Of a stretch of 64,000 nucleotides of DNA, positions 21,997 through 34,800 are shown one piece after another. The notes beneath the pieces are model-generated. The model did no database searches and was not told the origin of the DNA. It saw nothing but the letters and a program-made list of their open reading frames with translations. The stretch lies in the NCBI GenBank assembly GCA_963575745.1, contig CAUYUJ010000002.1, positions 992,001 through 1,056,000 on the forward strand. The letters run 5' to 3'. This DNA comes from Prorocentrum cordatum (Eukaryota). Each line of letters opens with the position of its first letter. Within the stretch, counting starts at the first letter, position 1. The position numbers and the translations under genes are program-made.

Positions 21997-22712
21997 TCGT
22001 CGTCGTCGTCGTCCTCGGCGTCGTTGTCGTCGTCGTCGCCATCGTCGTCGTCGTCCGTCGTCGTCCGTCTTCTTTTTCTCGTCGTGGTGGTCGTCGACAT
22101 CGTCGTCGTCCGTCGTCGTCGTCGTTGCCGCCATTCTTGTCGTCCGTCGTCATCCGTCGACGTCGTCATCCGTCGACGTCGTTGTCGACAACAAACGTCC
22201 CTGTCATCACTCGTCCGTCGTCGTCGGTCGCAGTCGCCCGTCGTTGTCGTCGTTATCGTCGTCGTGTCCGTCGTCCGTCGTCGTCGTACTCCTCATCCCA
22301 TTCCTCATTCTGTATCTTCCCATTCTCCTCCCCTCAGTCCCTTCAAACTCCTCATCACCAACATCATCACCATCACCATCATCATCACCACGACCATTAT
22401 GATCACCACCAGCATCATCATACGCATAACCATCATAAGCAGACCCATCGTCATCCTCATAATCATACTCATACTCATCGTCATAATCATCGTCAGCATC
22501 ATCATCATCGTCACCAACATCACCATCATCACCATCACCACCACCATGATCATCATCATCAGCACCGTCATTATCAGCATCCTCATCATCCTCATCATCG
22601 TCTCCATCACCATCACCATCACCACAGCAATCAATCCCATCCTCACAACCACAACCATCGGCTACCATCGTCACCGTCATCACCATTATAATCCTTATCA
22701 TACTCATCATAC

Positions 22713-22770
<58 letters not shown>

Positions 22771-23266
22771 GATTATTATTATTATTATTATCGTCGTCGT
22801 CGAATCCGTCGTCGCCCTCCGTCGTCGTCGTCGGTCGGTCGTCGTCGTCATCGTCTTCGTCGTCGTCGACCTTTGTCGTTTGTCGTCGTCGTCCGTCATC
22901 GTCGTCGTCGTCGTCGGTCGTCGTCGCCGTCCGTCATCGTCGTCGTTGACGTCTTCCGTCGTCCGCCGTCGTCGTCGTGGTCCGTCGTGGTCGTCGTCCC
23001 CGTCGTCCGTCGTCCGTCGACCGTCGTCCGTAGTCCGCGTCGTCGTCGTCCAAGTCGTCGTCGTCGTCATCGTCGTCCCTCGTCCGTCGTCCGTCGTCGT
23101 CGCCGTCGGTCATCATCGTCGTTGGCGTCTATCGCCGTAGCCGTCCGTCGTCGTCGTTGTCGTTGGCGTCAGCGTCGTCCGTCGCCGTCGTCGTCGTCGT
23201 CGTCGTCGTCCTCCGTCGTCGTCCGTGGTCGTCGTCGTCCGTAGTCCGTCGTCCGTCGCCGTCGTC

Positions 23267-23297
<31 letters not shown>

Positions 23298-23680
23298 ATC
23301 GTCGTCGTCGTGCGACGTCGACGTCGTCGTCGGCGACGGCGTCGACGTCCGTCGTCCGTCGTCGGCGTCCGTCGTCGTCCGTAGTCCGTCGTCGGCGTCG
23401 TCGTCCGTCGTCGTCGTCGTTGTCGTCGTCGCCGCCGTCGTCATCTTCTTCGTCGTCGTCCGTCGGTCTCCCGTCGTCGTCGTCGTCCGTCGTCGTTGTC
23501 GTCGTCGTCGTCGCCGTCGTCGTCGCCGTCGTTGCCGTCGTCGTCGTCGTCGTCGTCTTTCGTCGTCGTCGCAGTCTGTCGTCGTTGTCTGTCGTCGTCG
23601 TTGTCGTCGTCCTACGTCCGTCGTCTTCCGTCGTTCGTCGTCGTCGTTGTCGTCGTCGTATGTCGTCGTCCGTCCTCGCG
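21310..23680. repeat. Compound trinucleotide satellite of alternating (CAT/CAC)n and (CGT)n blocks
   Basis: CAT-rich at about 21490-21810 and 22340-22790; CGT-rich at about 21810-22290 and 22790-23680. Confidence 0.95.
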
Positions 23681-24241
23681 TCCACATAAGCATAAGCATA
23701 ATCTCTCGGAGGTCCGCGATAATTTCTTGGATCGGCGCTGGACTCCTCTCCCTCGCTCGCGGAGCGCGCCAAGGGCGGCGCCGAAGGCGGCACCAGCGGC
23801 ACCCAACGCCCATCTAAGAAATCCGCGCGGACTCCCGAGAAATTACATGTATGCTGTTTTCGGTCCTTCGCGAAGATGGAAAAAAAGCAGGAGGGGCAGT
23901 GAGGGCAAGACGCATAAGCAGCGACTCCAATGGAAAGATGCCTCCCAGACGGGGTCGGAGCAGATGGGGTCGAAGGATAGCGCCGCAGTGGGGGAAATTG
24001 GGCTCCACGGCGAATCACATCGCCGATGCTTCGGCGATGCGGCGCGATCCTGCGACCACATCTGAGCGACGAGAAGAAGCAGGTCCTGCGCGAGGTGACA
24101 TGGCGACCATACGCGGCGGCCTACGCGGGCCGCCAGCGCGGCTCGCCGCACTGGAGATGAGGGCGCTCGCGCGCGACCTTACGCAGGCAGCTTGCGCGCG
24201 AGTAACGGCAGGGACGACCCCGTTTTCCTGCGCCGTTCGTC

Positions 24242-24432
24242 TCGGGCCGGGCGAAAGGGGGGGACAGCGAAGGGGGGGTTTGAAAGCTCACATAGCTGAT
24301 TTTCAGGGCGCCTCCCGGCGCCGGAGGCGGCCATGTATCGAGGAGCGGGCCCCTCGGTGGGGCCGAAACCAGCTACATGCAGCAGATTTCGTAACCCCCC
24401 CTTTCCCCACCCCCCCCTTTCGCCCGACCCGA
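24242..24432. mobile_element. MITE family G (about 192 bp, TIR, 5-bp TSD)
   Basis: TCGGGCCGGGCGAAAGGGGGG...CCCCCCTTTCGCCCGACCCGA, with flanks TCGTC/TCATC. Second copy at 37531-37725 with TCCTC/TCCTC. Confidence 0.8.
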
Positions 24433-24949
24433 TCATCAAGGAAGGCCCAGAGCGGAGAGCGAGGGGGCAACACGTGCGCTGGGCGGCCGCGGCTCTCGAG
24501 GAGCTGCGCCGGCCTGGCGCCCCCCTCGGCGCGCGGCCCGCCGCCCTCCGGAACACGCTCGGGCCGCAGCTCGACGGCGCTGGCGCGGGCGGGTGGTGCA
24601 GAGACCAGAGGGTTCCAAATTGGGTTTTGGGGGAGGGGGTTTTCCAGGAGGGGTCCCCCAGGGGCTTCGCACCCCCTGTTTTGACGAGGTTCCGAGGCCC
24701 CTGGAGGGCTCTCTGGAAAACCCCATCCCTCACCCCCCCCTTTGGAACCCTCTGGAGAGAGCATCCTTCAAGAACAGGAGACCCTCCGCCGGCCAAACCG
24801 CACAGAACATCCAAGGGCACCTTCCCCAGAGTGAACAACAACATCCAACAGGCGCGAAGAACAGTAGGGGACCCTCCCCGAACTGACCCCGACCTTATAC
24901 CTTGGTCCGACTGTAGTGGCGGGTGACCTGGCTGGGGGGGCCCTCAAAC

Positions 24950-25655
24950 TGGATGACCTTCGGCTCGGGATCCGACGATTCCACCCGTTGCTGGGACGCA
25001 GTCCAGAGAGCAGGCCCAGCGCCGTTCGGGAAGGCGGTAATGGGGGATCTCTAACTGGGGGGTGAAGACATCGAGGGTTGCTGAAGGTACCTCTGGCTCA
25101 AGGTGCCCCCAGCTTTTTTTTCGCTCACTATGTTGGATCCCCTGCGACCCTCTAGGCCTCGTGAGGGGGGCTCTGGAGGCAGTGGGGGCATCCCTCAAAA
25201 TCCTGAAGGCACCTTAGGCCAGGGGCACTTCTAGCACCACCCGGAGAACAGGGCCCCAAAGGGTCCCTGGAAGGCCCTGTAGGGCCCCTTTGGGAGCCGG
25301 CAGGGGCCCAAAAGGGCCCCTTTGAGGCCTTCCTCTTCTTAAACCACCCCGCATTATTGGAGGCCTAGAAATTGGCACCAACACCAACACAAGGCGTTGC
25401 CTCCACAGGGGGAAGATGATCCTAGATTTCGGTGCTGGTGGTAATATTTCGGTCACCTTGGCAGCCAGAATATTACCACCATCTCCGAGACCGGGATCGT
25501 CTTCCGTCGGTGGAGGCACACCGCCGATCTTGGTGTTGGTGTCAACCTCTAGGCCTGCGACATTACCCCCCCCGAACGGCGCTGGCCCCGCTCTCTGGAT
25601 CTTCGTCCCAGCAACGGCCGGAATCGTCGGAGCTCGAGTCGTAAAGTCATGCAAC
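24950..25655. mobile_element. Non-autonomous element with about 90-bp imperfect inverted repeats
   Basis: 24953-25042 aligns by eye with the reverse complement of 25561-25651 (TCCGACGATTCC..CCGTTGCTGGGACG...CCAGCGCCGTTCGGG...GGTAATG). Confidence 0.65.
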
Positions 25656-27469
25656 ACTGAACAATGTGATTCGGATTATGTTCGCCGTTCTCGGCCGTCG
25701 GAGGCCCTCCCCGAGCCCTGGGACCGACAGAAAGCGACTCGGGGTGAGAAACTGGCCCAAGGGAAAGGGTCGGGACTTCCAGGGACCGCGACTGGAAAAC
25801 ATCAATACATCGGATATCTGGGGGTCATTCCTGGGGCTTCGTTCAAGGCCAAGGGTAAGGCCAAGAATAAGCTGAAGAATAGATCTGAGGGCAAGCTGTT
25901 CTGAGTGTTAAACCTTTGCGAGTGCAGCCAGGTTCTGGCGTTGCTGGCGACAATCCAGGTCGTGTCAAATGTTGTGCACGACCTGCAGTAGGAGGTCGAG
26001 TTAAAGTTTCACGGCGAATCAACCCAACTTGGGCACGAGCGTAGAGGCAAATCTAGACCCATCGTGCTCGAGGTCGAGGGCCTGTCCAGCGAGCTTCAAT
26101 TTTTTGAAGAGCGAGCCCGCCCAGCTGGTTCCCCAGGCCGCCTGCATGAACGAGGGGGTCAATAACCTGCACGGGTCGTCAGAGCACGCCGGTTTGTTGG
26201 GCCCAAACAGCATGAGATCCACCGTTCCTTCATGGATAATGAGGTGACCGGTGACCTTCATGGGCTGCCGGGTACCCCAGAAGATCACCGACGGATTGCG
26301 TGTACGATTGGTCTGAGCTCGAGGACGAGTTAAATAGTTCGCGAAGACGGGGAGAGCCGTTCCCTGACCTCCGAGGCGCAATAGCTCGTGGCGGAGTACC
26401 GCCAGCTCAAGCAGAAACTGTTCGAAGCGGAGTGTGTCAAGGTTTCGGTCCGCGAACGGGAAGTCTATCTGCTATCGAGGTTGACTGGGGCCAGCACGGC
26501 TAAATTTTGAATTTGGATGTGCTGGCAACTTCATTAGGTGCCCAACCTGAGTACAAACAACCCGCGGAGGGTGCCACAGCGGTGTTCAACAAAGTGCGCA
26601 ACCACCTGCAGTCGATGAATGAGCTGGTGTCGCCTGGAGTCTGGCACCGCTGGTTTGTGTCGTGTCGACCCTGGAGTTGGTTCCTCACACCACGGGGATC
26701 GATCAGACTTGAACGATCGGCCTCTCCGAAACGTCAGATCGTTCAACATCGACCGATCCTGGGTCGCTGTTTCTGTTGAGCTCGGCCCCTAGTCAGACGG
26801 TGACCAGGCCGGAGGTGTCGAGGCCCCTGCGCCTCCTTGATGCTGAAAGCACCGAGGAGCGGGCAGCCCGTCTCGCGCGCCGCGCCTTTTGATGGCTGCA
26901 AGAGGCCAGCCTTAGCCTCCTGGTGCTGTGCGCCTGGTGGCCGAGCCCCCAGAGCCTTGCGTGGATGTCGTTCCTCTCGCCGCGCCAACAGCTGGTGCCA
27001 GATCCCCGAACGTGCCTCTCTTGCATGACGGGTGCGGCGCCGTTCTGGAAGCGGAAGGGGAGGCGGCTCGCTATCTCTTCGAAGCGCCCGCGGCGGTGGC
27101 ACCGCCTGCGCCGCTGCCGCCGATGCCCAGCCCGTCGGCAGGAATCGCGAGGGAGAGAGAGGCCCTCGCCGTTGTAGAGGCTGAGGAGCCCCTGCTCGAC
27201 TCTCGCGCCTCGAGGTCCGACGATTCGGACTGGTCATTTCGCGAGGCAGTGGCCGACCTCACTTTTCCATGGGTCGTGGGCCATGGCGGGCAGGCGGTCA
27301 GCCACATGGGGACCTCCTCTTGTAGGAAATCGCCCCGCTGCGTCCGCGCCTGCCCTCCCGTTCTCGTTCGCTTGCCTGTCTTCATCCAGGCATGCTGGTA
27401 GGGAGCGACGGCCGTCGTCACTCGGTGCTCTCAGGGTGGATGTCAAATAATCCTCCTCCCCCATTTCCT

Positions 27470-28020
27470 TTCCTTATACATAACTTCTCCCTGTGGCACC
27501 CCGAAGCTAGTTCTTATGTCGGGCCAGGCGCTTCGCCTGAGAATTCCTCACCATTTATGGTCCGAAGGCTTAAACCTTGGCAACAATTTCGCAGATGTCG
27601 GGTCGTTTCAAAATGTGGCTCTCGCCTTGGCGCCGCGCGAATTCTTTTAAAACGTTGCAAGAGTTTCACGGATTGAGGGCGACGGGTTTTCAAACTATGG
27701 CTCTCGCCTTAGCGCCGCGCGCATTCGTATCAACACGTTACAAGAACTTCACGGATTGAGGGCGGTTCCTTTTCAAACTGTGGCTCTGGCCTTAGAGCCG
27801 CGCGCATTCGTTTGTTTTAAACATGTGCGAGAGTTTCACGGATTCCCATGAACAACATGCCAGAAATAATGCTTTATAAGGGTTCCGTTTTATGAGGGTG
27901 CAACAATTAAGCTGGTTCGCGGTGTTGACGTCTCAAGGATGGCTTTCTGGCACGATGCAGGATCGTCAAGACGCAACAGTCAGGTTGATCCGTGGCGTTA
28001 CAATCCCGATAACAATGTTT
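27470..28020 (-). repeat. Dispersed family D with internal about 79-bp tandem units
   Basis: Reverse complement of GCGCGGCGC.AAGGCGAGAGCCACATTTTGAAA units; same organisation as 54800-55450. Confidence 0.8.
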
Positions 28021-29486
28021 TGGCGTGCTTAGGTTGCCTGCCAACGAGGGGGAGGTAATGAACCCTTGTAGGGGCCTATTAAGAGGGAGCTTGGAGGGAG
28101 GGCGTATTCCAACATCGCTGATGACCCTTGGGTGTACACTGGTCCTCCTCCTCCTCCTCCTCCTCCTCCTCCTCCTCCTCCTCCTCCTCCTCCCTCCCCC
28201 GCCCTCCTTTTCCTCCTCCTCCTCCTCCTCCTCCGCCTCCTCCTCCTCCTCCGTCCCCTCGTCGCCACACCCCGCCTCTCGCCCTCGGCCCCCTTCCTGG
28301 CCTCGCCGCTGCCCCCACCCCTCCCCCTCACCCGCCGACGACGGCGGCGACCGCCGCGGCCCTCGGCGAACGCCCGTCCTCGGAGCTCGACAACGCCCGC
28401 TCGACATGCGCGTAGCGCCAATTAGCCTCGGGCGGGGCTGCTCTTCCCCGCCGCAGCCAGCCGTCGTCCTCCCCAACGTGTTCATTCCTCGTGGCTCCTC
28501 CTCCTCCGCTTCGTGCCGCCTCCATCCCCCCTCTGTCTCTCCCTCATCTTCCTCATCCTCCTCGTCCTCCCCCTTCTCCATCTCATCCTCCACCTCTCCC
28601 CCCTCGGTCCCCCTCCGCCCCACTCCTCCTCCTCCTCCTCCTCCTCCTCCTCCTCCTCCTCCTCCGCCTCCTCCTAGTCCTGGTGCACGGGAGCTGCGGG
28701 CAACTATTGTTCCATGGCTGGGGCCTCGCCTCCTCCTCATCAAAAGAAACGTCCCCTTCCTCCGCCTCCTGCTCCTCCTCCTCCTCCTCCTCCGCCTCCT
28801 CCTCCTCCTCCTCCGCCCTTCTCCTCCTCCTCCTCCTCCTCCTCCTCCCATCCTCCTCCCTCCTCCTCCTCCTCCTCCTCTCCTCCTCCTCCTCCTCCTC
28901 CTAGTCCTGGTGCACGGGAGCTGCGGGCAATTATTGTTCCATGGCTGGGGCCTCGCCTCCTCCTCATCAAAAGAAACGTCCCCTTCCTCCACCTCCTCTC
29001 CTCCTCCACCTCCTCCTCCTCCCTCCTCCTCCTCCTGCTCCTCCTCCTCCTCCTCCTCCTCCTCCTCCTCCTCCTCCTACTCCTACTCCTCCTACTCCAC
29101 CACCTCGCACCCCAAGGCGGCCACCACGAGGCCCAAAGAGACTTCCAAGACGCCCCCTCGAGGACACCACGAGGCCTCTCGCCCACGACCCAAGCACGGC
29201 ATCAGCAAATTTGCCGCAGCCCGCTGGATAAGAATGACGCCCGCGCACGCGAGCGGCAACGGGGAGGGGGATCCCTCGCGGGACGCGCAGGCATGGGCGA
29301 ACACATTTCTGTCTACCCAGAGCGCGCAAATAGAAGAATCACAAAACGCCATACATAGAAGCTTGTGGCGCTCCGCGAGGATTTCTTGGATCTGGCGCGC
29401 GGAGCGCGGCAAGGACGGCGCCGGGGGCGCCGCCAGGGGGGCCCAGCGCGGCTGCAAGAAATCCGCGCGGACCGTCGAAAGTATAT

Positions 29487-30264
29487 TTAGGTCGGGCATT
29501 TCCCCCTACAGGCCGATTTGAACGAAAAATTAAAACTCGCCAGCCCAACGGGCCAAGGGCGTGCTGAAATCTCCGGTAACTGGTTAACAATATTCTAGTA
29601 CGCGCGCGCGGGGCCGCCCCTGGGGGTCCTCGGGCGAAAAGTACCCCGGGAGACCCCCGGGAGACCCCCGGGAGACCCTCGGGACACTCGGATCAGAGAT
29701 GCCAGACTGGGCAATTTTCGACTCCCCTCACGAGGATCGTGGCCTCTGAGGGGAGGGGTGCAATTGACTACCCCCCCTCCTGACCCAAGAGTTCCCCAGG
29801 AGCCCCCCAAGAGGCTGCATGGGGCCCACAAGACGCCGCCAAGGAACCCCAAGAGGCTCCCAAAAGGCCCCCAAGAGGCCTCCAATAGACCGAAAAAATA
29901 CCCCCAAGAGGCCCCAAACATCGTTGCAGGGCCAGTTCAGCTCATTCTTGGCAACGATTCCCCCGACACCTCCTCAGAGGATCGCCACGAATCGACACGA
30001 AGCTGTTCCACGGGGCCGCTTCAACACAAACATGCCGAACAAACGCCTCAGAAAACAAAAAGCCGCCGCCCCCTGCAGCTCCGCACTGCCGACGACCTCT
30101 CAGCCAGTCGACCGCGGTGGGCAATATGGGCCGGCGGAATGAGCGAAGCGATTGAATACTCCGAACATGCCAAACACTGATCAAAACACTGCCACAAAAT
30201 CGTCGCCAAGCCATATTTGTACTGTTCTTGAATCCTCCCCCTGTAGAGGGACAAGCCACACTTA
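29487..30264. mobile_element. MITE family E copy carrying a nested about 600-bp insertion
   Basis: Left end TTAGGTCGGGCATTTCCCCCTACA, right end CTGTAGAGGGACAAGCCACACTTA; flanks AAAGTATAT/CAAGTATAT (8/9). Confidence 0.75.
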
Positions 30265-30677
30265 CAAGTATATGCTTATGCCGTTTTGGCTCTTCTTCGC
30301 GCAAGCCCTGAGCAGACCCCGCGTCAGAGGCCTGCAGGCGGGCGGCATCCGCGAGGGGTGAGGGAACAGCGGGGACGAAGGCATCGTGCGAATACGCTTG
30401 GGGGTCGCGAGGCGGTGTGGCGACAGACCGTGTGCCGGCCTCGCAAGCCCCAAAGACCGCACCGCAGGGTCCGCCACCGCACGATGCGGGGACTTTGGAG
30501 ATCCCCTCGCCCGAGACGTCCTCGGAACACGACACGTGTCGCGAGACCGCACGGTCACCCCGCCTCCCCACAAAAGGGTCACCGCGCCAGCTGGGGCCCC
30601 CTGATACACACGGAAGAAGGCGATGCGAGTCCAAGAGTTGTCAAAGAACCTGTAGGGCTAATAGAAACATGCTTGGG

Positions 30678-30843
30678 TCAGGTCGGGCATGTCCTCCTAC
30701 ATGCGGATTTTGGGCGAAAGCTTAGAAACAGTAGCCAAGAACACATGTTCAAACATAATAGAACAATGATCGAACATTTGTCCAAATACGATTTTTTTGA
30801 CTATTTTTGAACATTCCCCCTGTAGAGAGACATGCCCGACTGA
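30678..30843. mobile_element. MITE family E (about 165 bp, TIR, 9-bp TSD; Mutator-like)
   Basis: TCAGGTCGGGCATGTC...GACATGCCCGACTGA flanked by a perfect ATGCTTGGG duplication (30669-30677, 30844-30852). Confidence 0.9.
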
Positions 30844-31859
30844 ATGCTTGGGCGGGGCCAAAGGCGCCGGTGCCACATCTCGCGACATCCCGCGAATCAT
30901 AGAACGCATGAGCAAACACTGAAACGCCGCAGCTCCGTAGCCGCCGCAGCCGCTGGGGACAAAGAAACCTTTCGCCGCCGGGAGCGCCGTTCCCCCCCCC
31001 CTCCCCGAAGAAGAACGGGGGGGGAGCGGCGGTCGTGCCTCCAGAATTCTGGGGCTGACGCTAAATCCATTACCTTCGGGGATGATTGGGAGGACGCGCG
31101 AGAGGACACGAGACCCTTCCGAGGGCCACATTGCCATAGGAATAATGCACGGGTAGCGAAACACAGGACACGAGCGGATTGTGCTCCCCACTTGTACCAT
31201 GCAGAGCCACAGGGGGGATGCTCATGTGAGCGTTGTGCCCCTCCTTAGCCGCCTGCAGCCCGAGGACACACAGGAGGCGGAGACTGCGGCCAGACGAACG
31301 GCAAAGCCAGCCGAGTCTGTCGTAAGGGCCTCCGCCGCGAAGGCCTTCAAAGGAGAGTTCTAAGGGCAGCCTGCAGCAGCACCGAAGGATGCTCCATTTG
31401 AGCAGCGTTGACGGGCAACGATAGGGGGCCCTGGCATACGTGGGGATGCATCGACCTGGAATCGGCGATACATCGCCGATAGATCGGCGATAGGCCGCCG
31501 ATAGTGAATCCCCACCTTCCTCTGCCCCTATCGGCGATCAATGGGCTATCGAGCCCCTATCGTTGCCCCTGAAGCGTCTTAAGCCTCACCTCGATTGGCC
31601 GTGGGGGGCGCCTGGCGGGCAGCCTGCGACCTCTGGGGGGGCACCTTCAAGCTTGGCGGCCCTGTCGGCCGTGTGCGCATCCGTGCCACTTTCTTTTTTT
31701 CTGAGGCGCTGCCGCCTCATAACAGAGCGTATGGCGATCCCAATCCAGGACTACTTTGTGGATCTTTCGACGGGACAGGTGGACAGGAATGTAAGCCAAA
31801 CTTGGGGATATACCTATACGACAACCCTTCGGGTGAAAAGAAGGTTCGGGGGAGTGGAA

Positions 31860-33445
<1,586 letters not shown>

Positions 33446-34305
33446 CTTTCTTCTCGCCAGCCCACGCAGCTTCGCCTCGCCCGCACGTACGGCACGTACG
33501 AACACGAAACCGAAACCGATTTCCCGGTAGGGGGGCTCTCCGTTCCACTTCGATCTCACCCCCTCACCTCCGACGATGGGGGTGCCTGTTTTCGATAGGG
33601 GGTGCATCCGAATAGCCCCCTGTGACATACCCCCGAGTTGCCCGTTCTCTCTAATCGGCCAGTTATTCGCGGAGGATCTCGGGTATGGAGCGCGAGAAGT
33701 CACCAGCGAGTGCAGTGGAGGCCAGTCCACAAGAAACCTTCCACAAGAAACCCAACCCTGAGATCCCAGGACGTCCGTTGATTGTTCGTGTGGGAGCGCC
33801 GCGCTTTCCATAGCACAACTGTTGAAACCCAATAACCCAGGGACTCCTGGAGGCAAGCAGGGTGTTTCTTGGCATGGGCCCCCACTGTAGAGGATGAGGA
33901 GAAAGGATGCCTGGGGGGTCGCCGACAGGGGAAGGAAGAGGAGGACGACGAGGAGGGGGAGGAAGAGGAGGAGGAGGAGGAGGAGGAAGAAAAGGAGGAG
34001 GAGGAGGAGGAGGAGGAGGAGGAGGGGGAGGAGGGGGGGGAGGAGGAGGGGGAAGAGGAGGAGGGTGTTTCTTGGCATGGGCCCCCACTGCATCGTCCTC
34101 CAGCGTGAAACTCAAATCTCCGACGTCGTGACTTTCTCGCAGCGTGGACACCCGAAAATCTGGGCCGCTTCCCGCGACTGGTCTTCCACACCCCGATCCG
34201 CCTTCGGACGGCCCCAGGCCCCCTATGGAGGCTGAAAGTTGCCAAACACCTTCCGCCGTGACTACTTCGCAACGAGAGGGGGCCAAATTCCAAGCAAGGA
34301 CAGTG

Positions 34306-34468
34306 CATCCATCATCAGCATCAGCATCAGCGTCAGCAGCATCATCATCAGCAGCAGCATCATCATCAGCATCATCATCACCATCATCATCACCATCATC
34401 ATCACCACCATCACCACCACCATCACCATCACCATTACCATTACCATCACCACCACCACCACCATCAC

Positions 34469-34506
<38 letters not shown>

Positions 34507-34678
34507 CCATCACCATCACCATCACCATCATCATCATCACCACCATCACCATCATCATCATCAACACCATCACCATCACCATCACCATCACCATCACCAT
34601 CACCATCACCATCACCACCACCAGCATCAGCATCAGCATCAGCATCAGCATCAGCATCAGCATCAGCATCAGCATCAG

Positions 34679-34728
<50 letters not shown>

Positions 34729-34800
34729 CCATCACCATCACCATCACCATCACCATCATCATCACCATCACCATCACCATCACCATCACCATCATCACCG
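34306..34800. repeat. (CAT/CAC/CAG) tri- and hexanucleotide satellite
   Basis: Direct reading. Confidence 0.95.

Noticed and set aside
20982..24065. His-, Ser- and Val-rich ORFs of 200-640 aa
   Set aside because: All frames are open because of CAT/CGT microsatellite; the same applies at 31.5-35 kb.
31700..31835. Possible isolated exon after TTTTTTCTGAG
   Set aside because: Two frames are open, with no recognisable homology and no partner exons identified.
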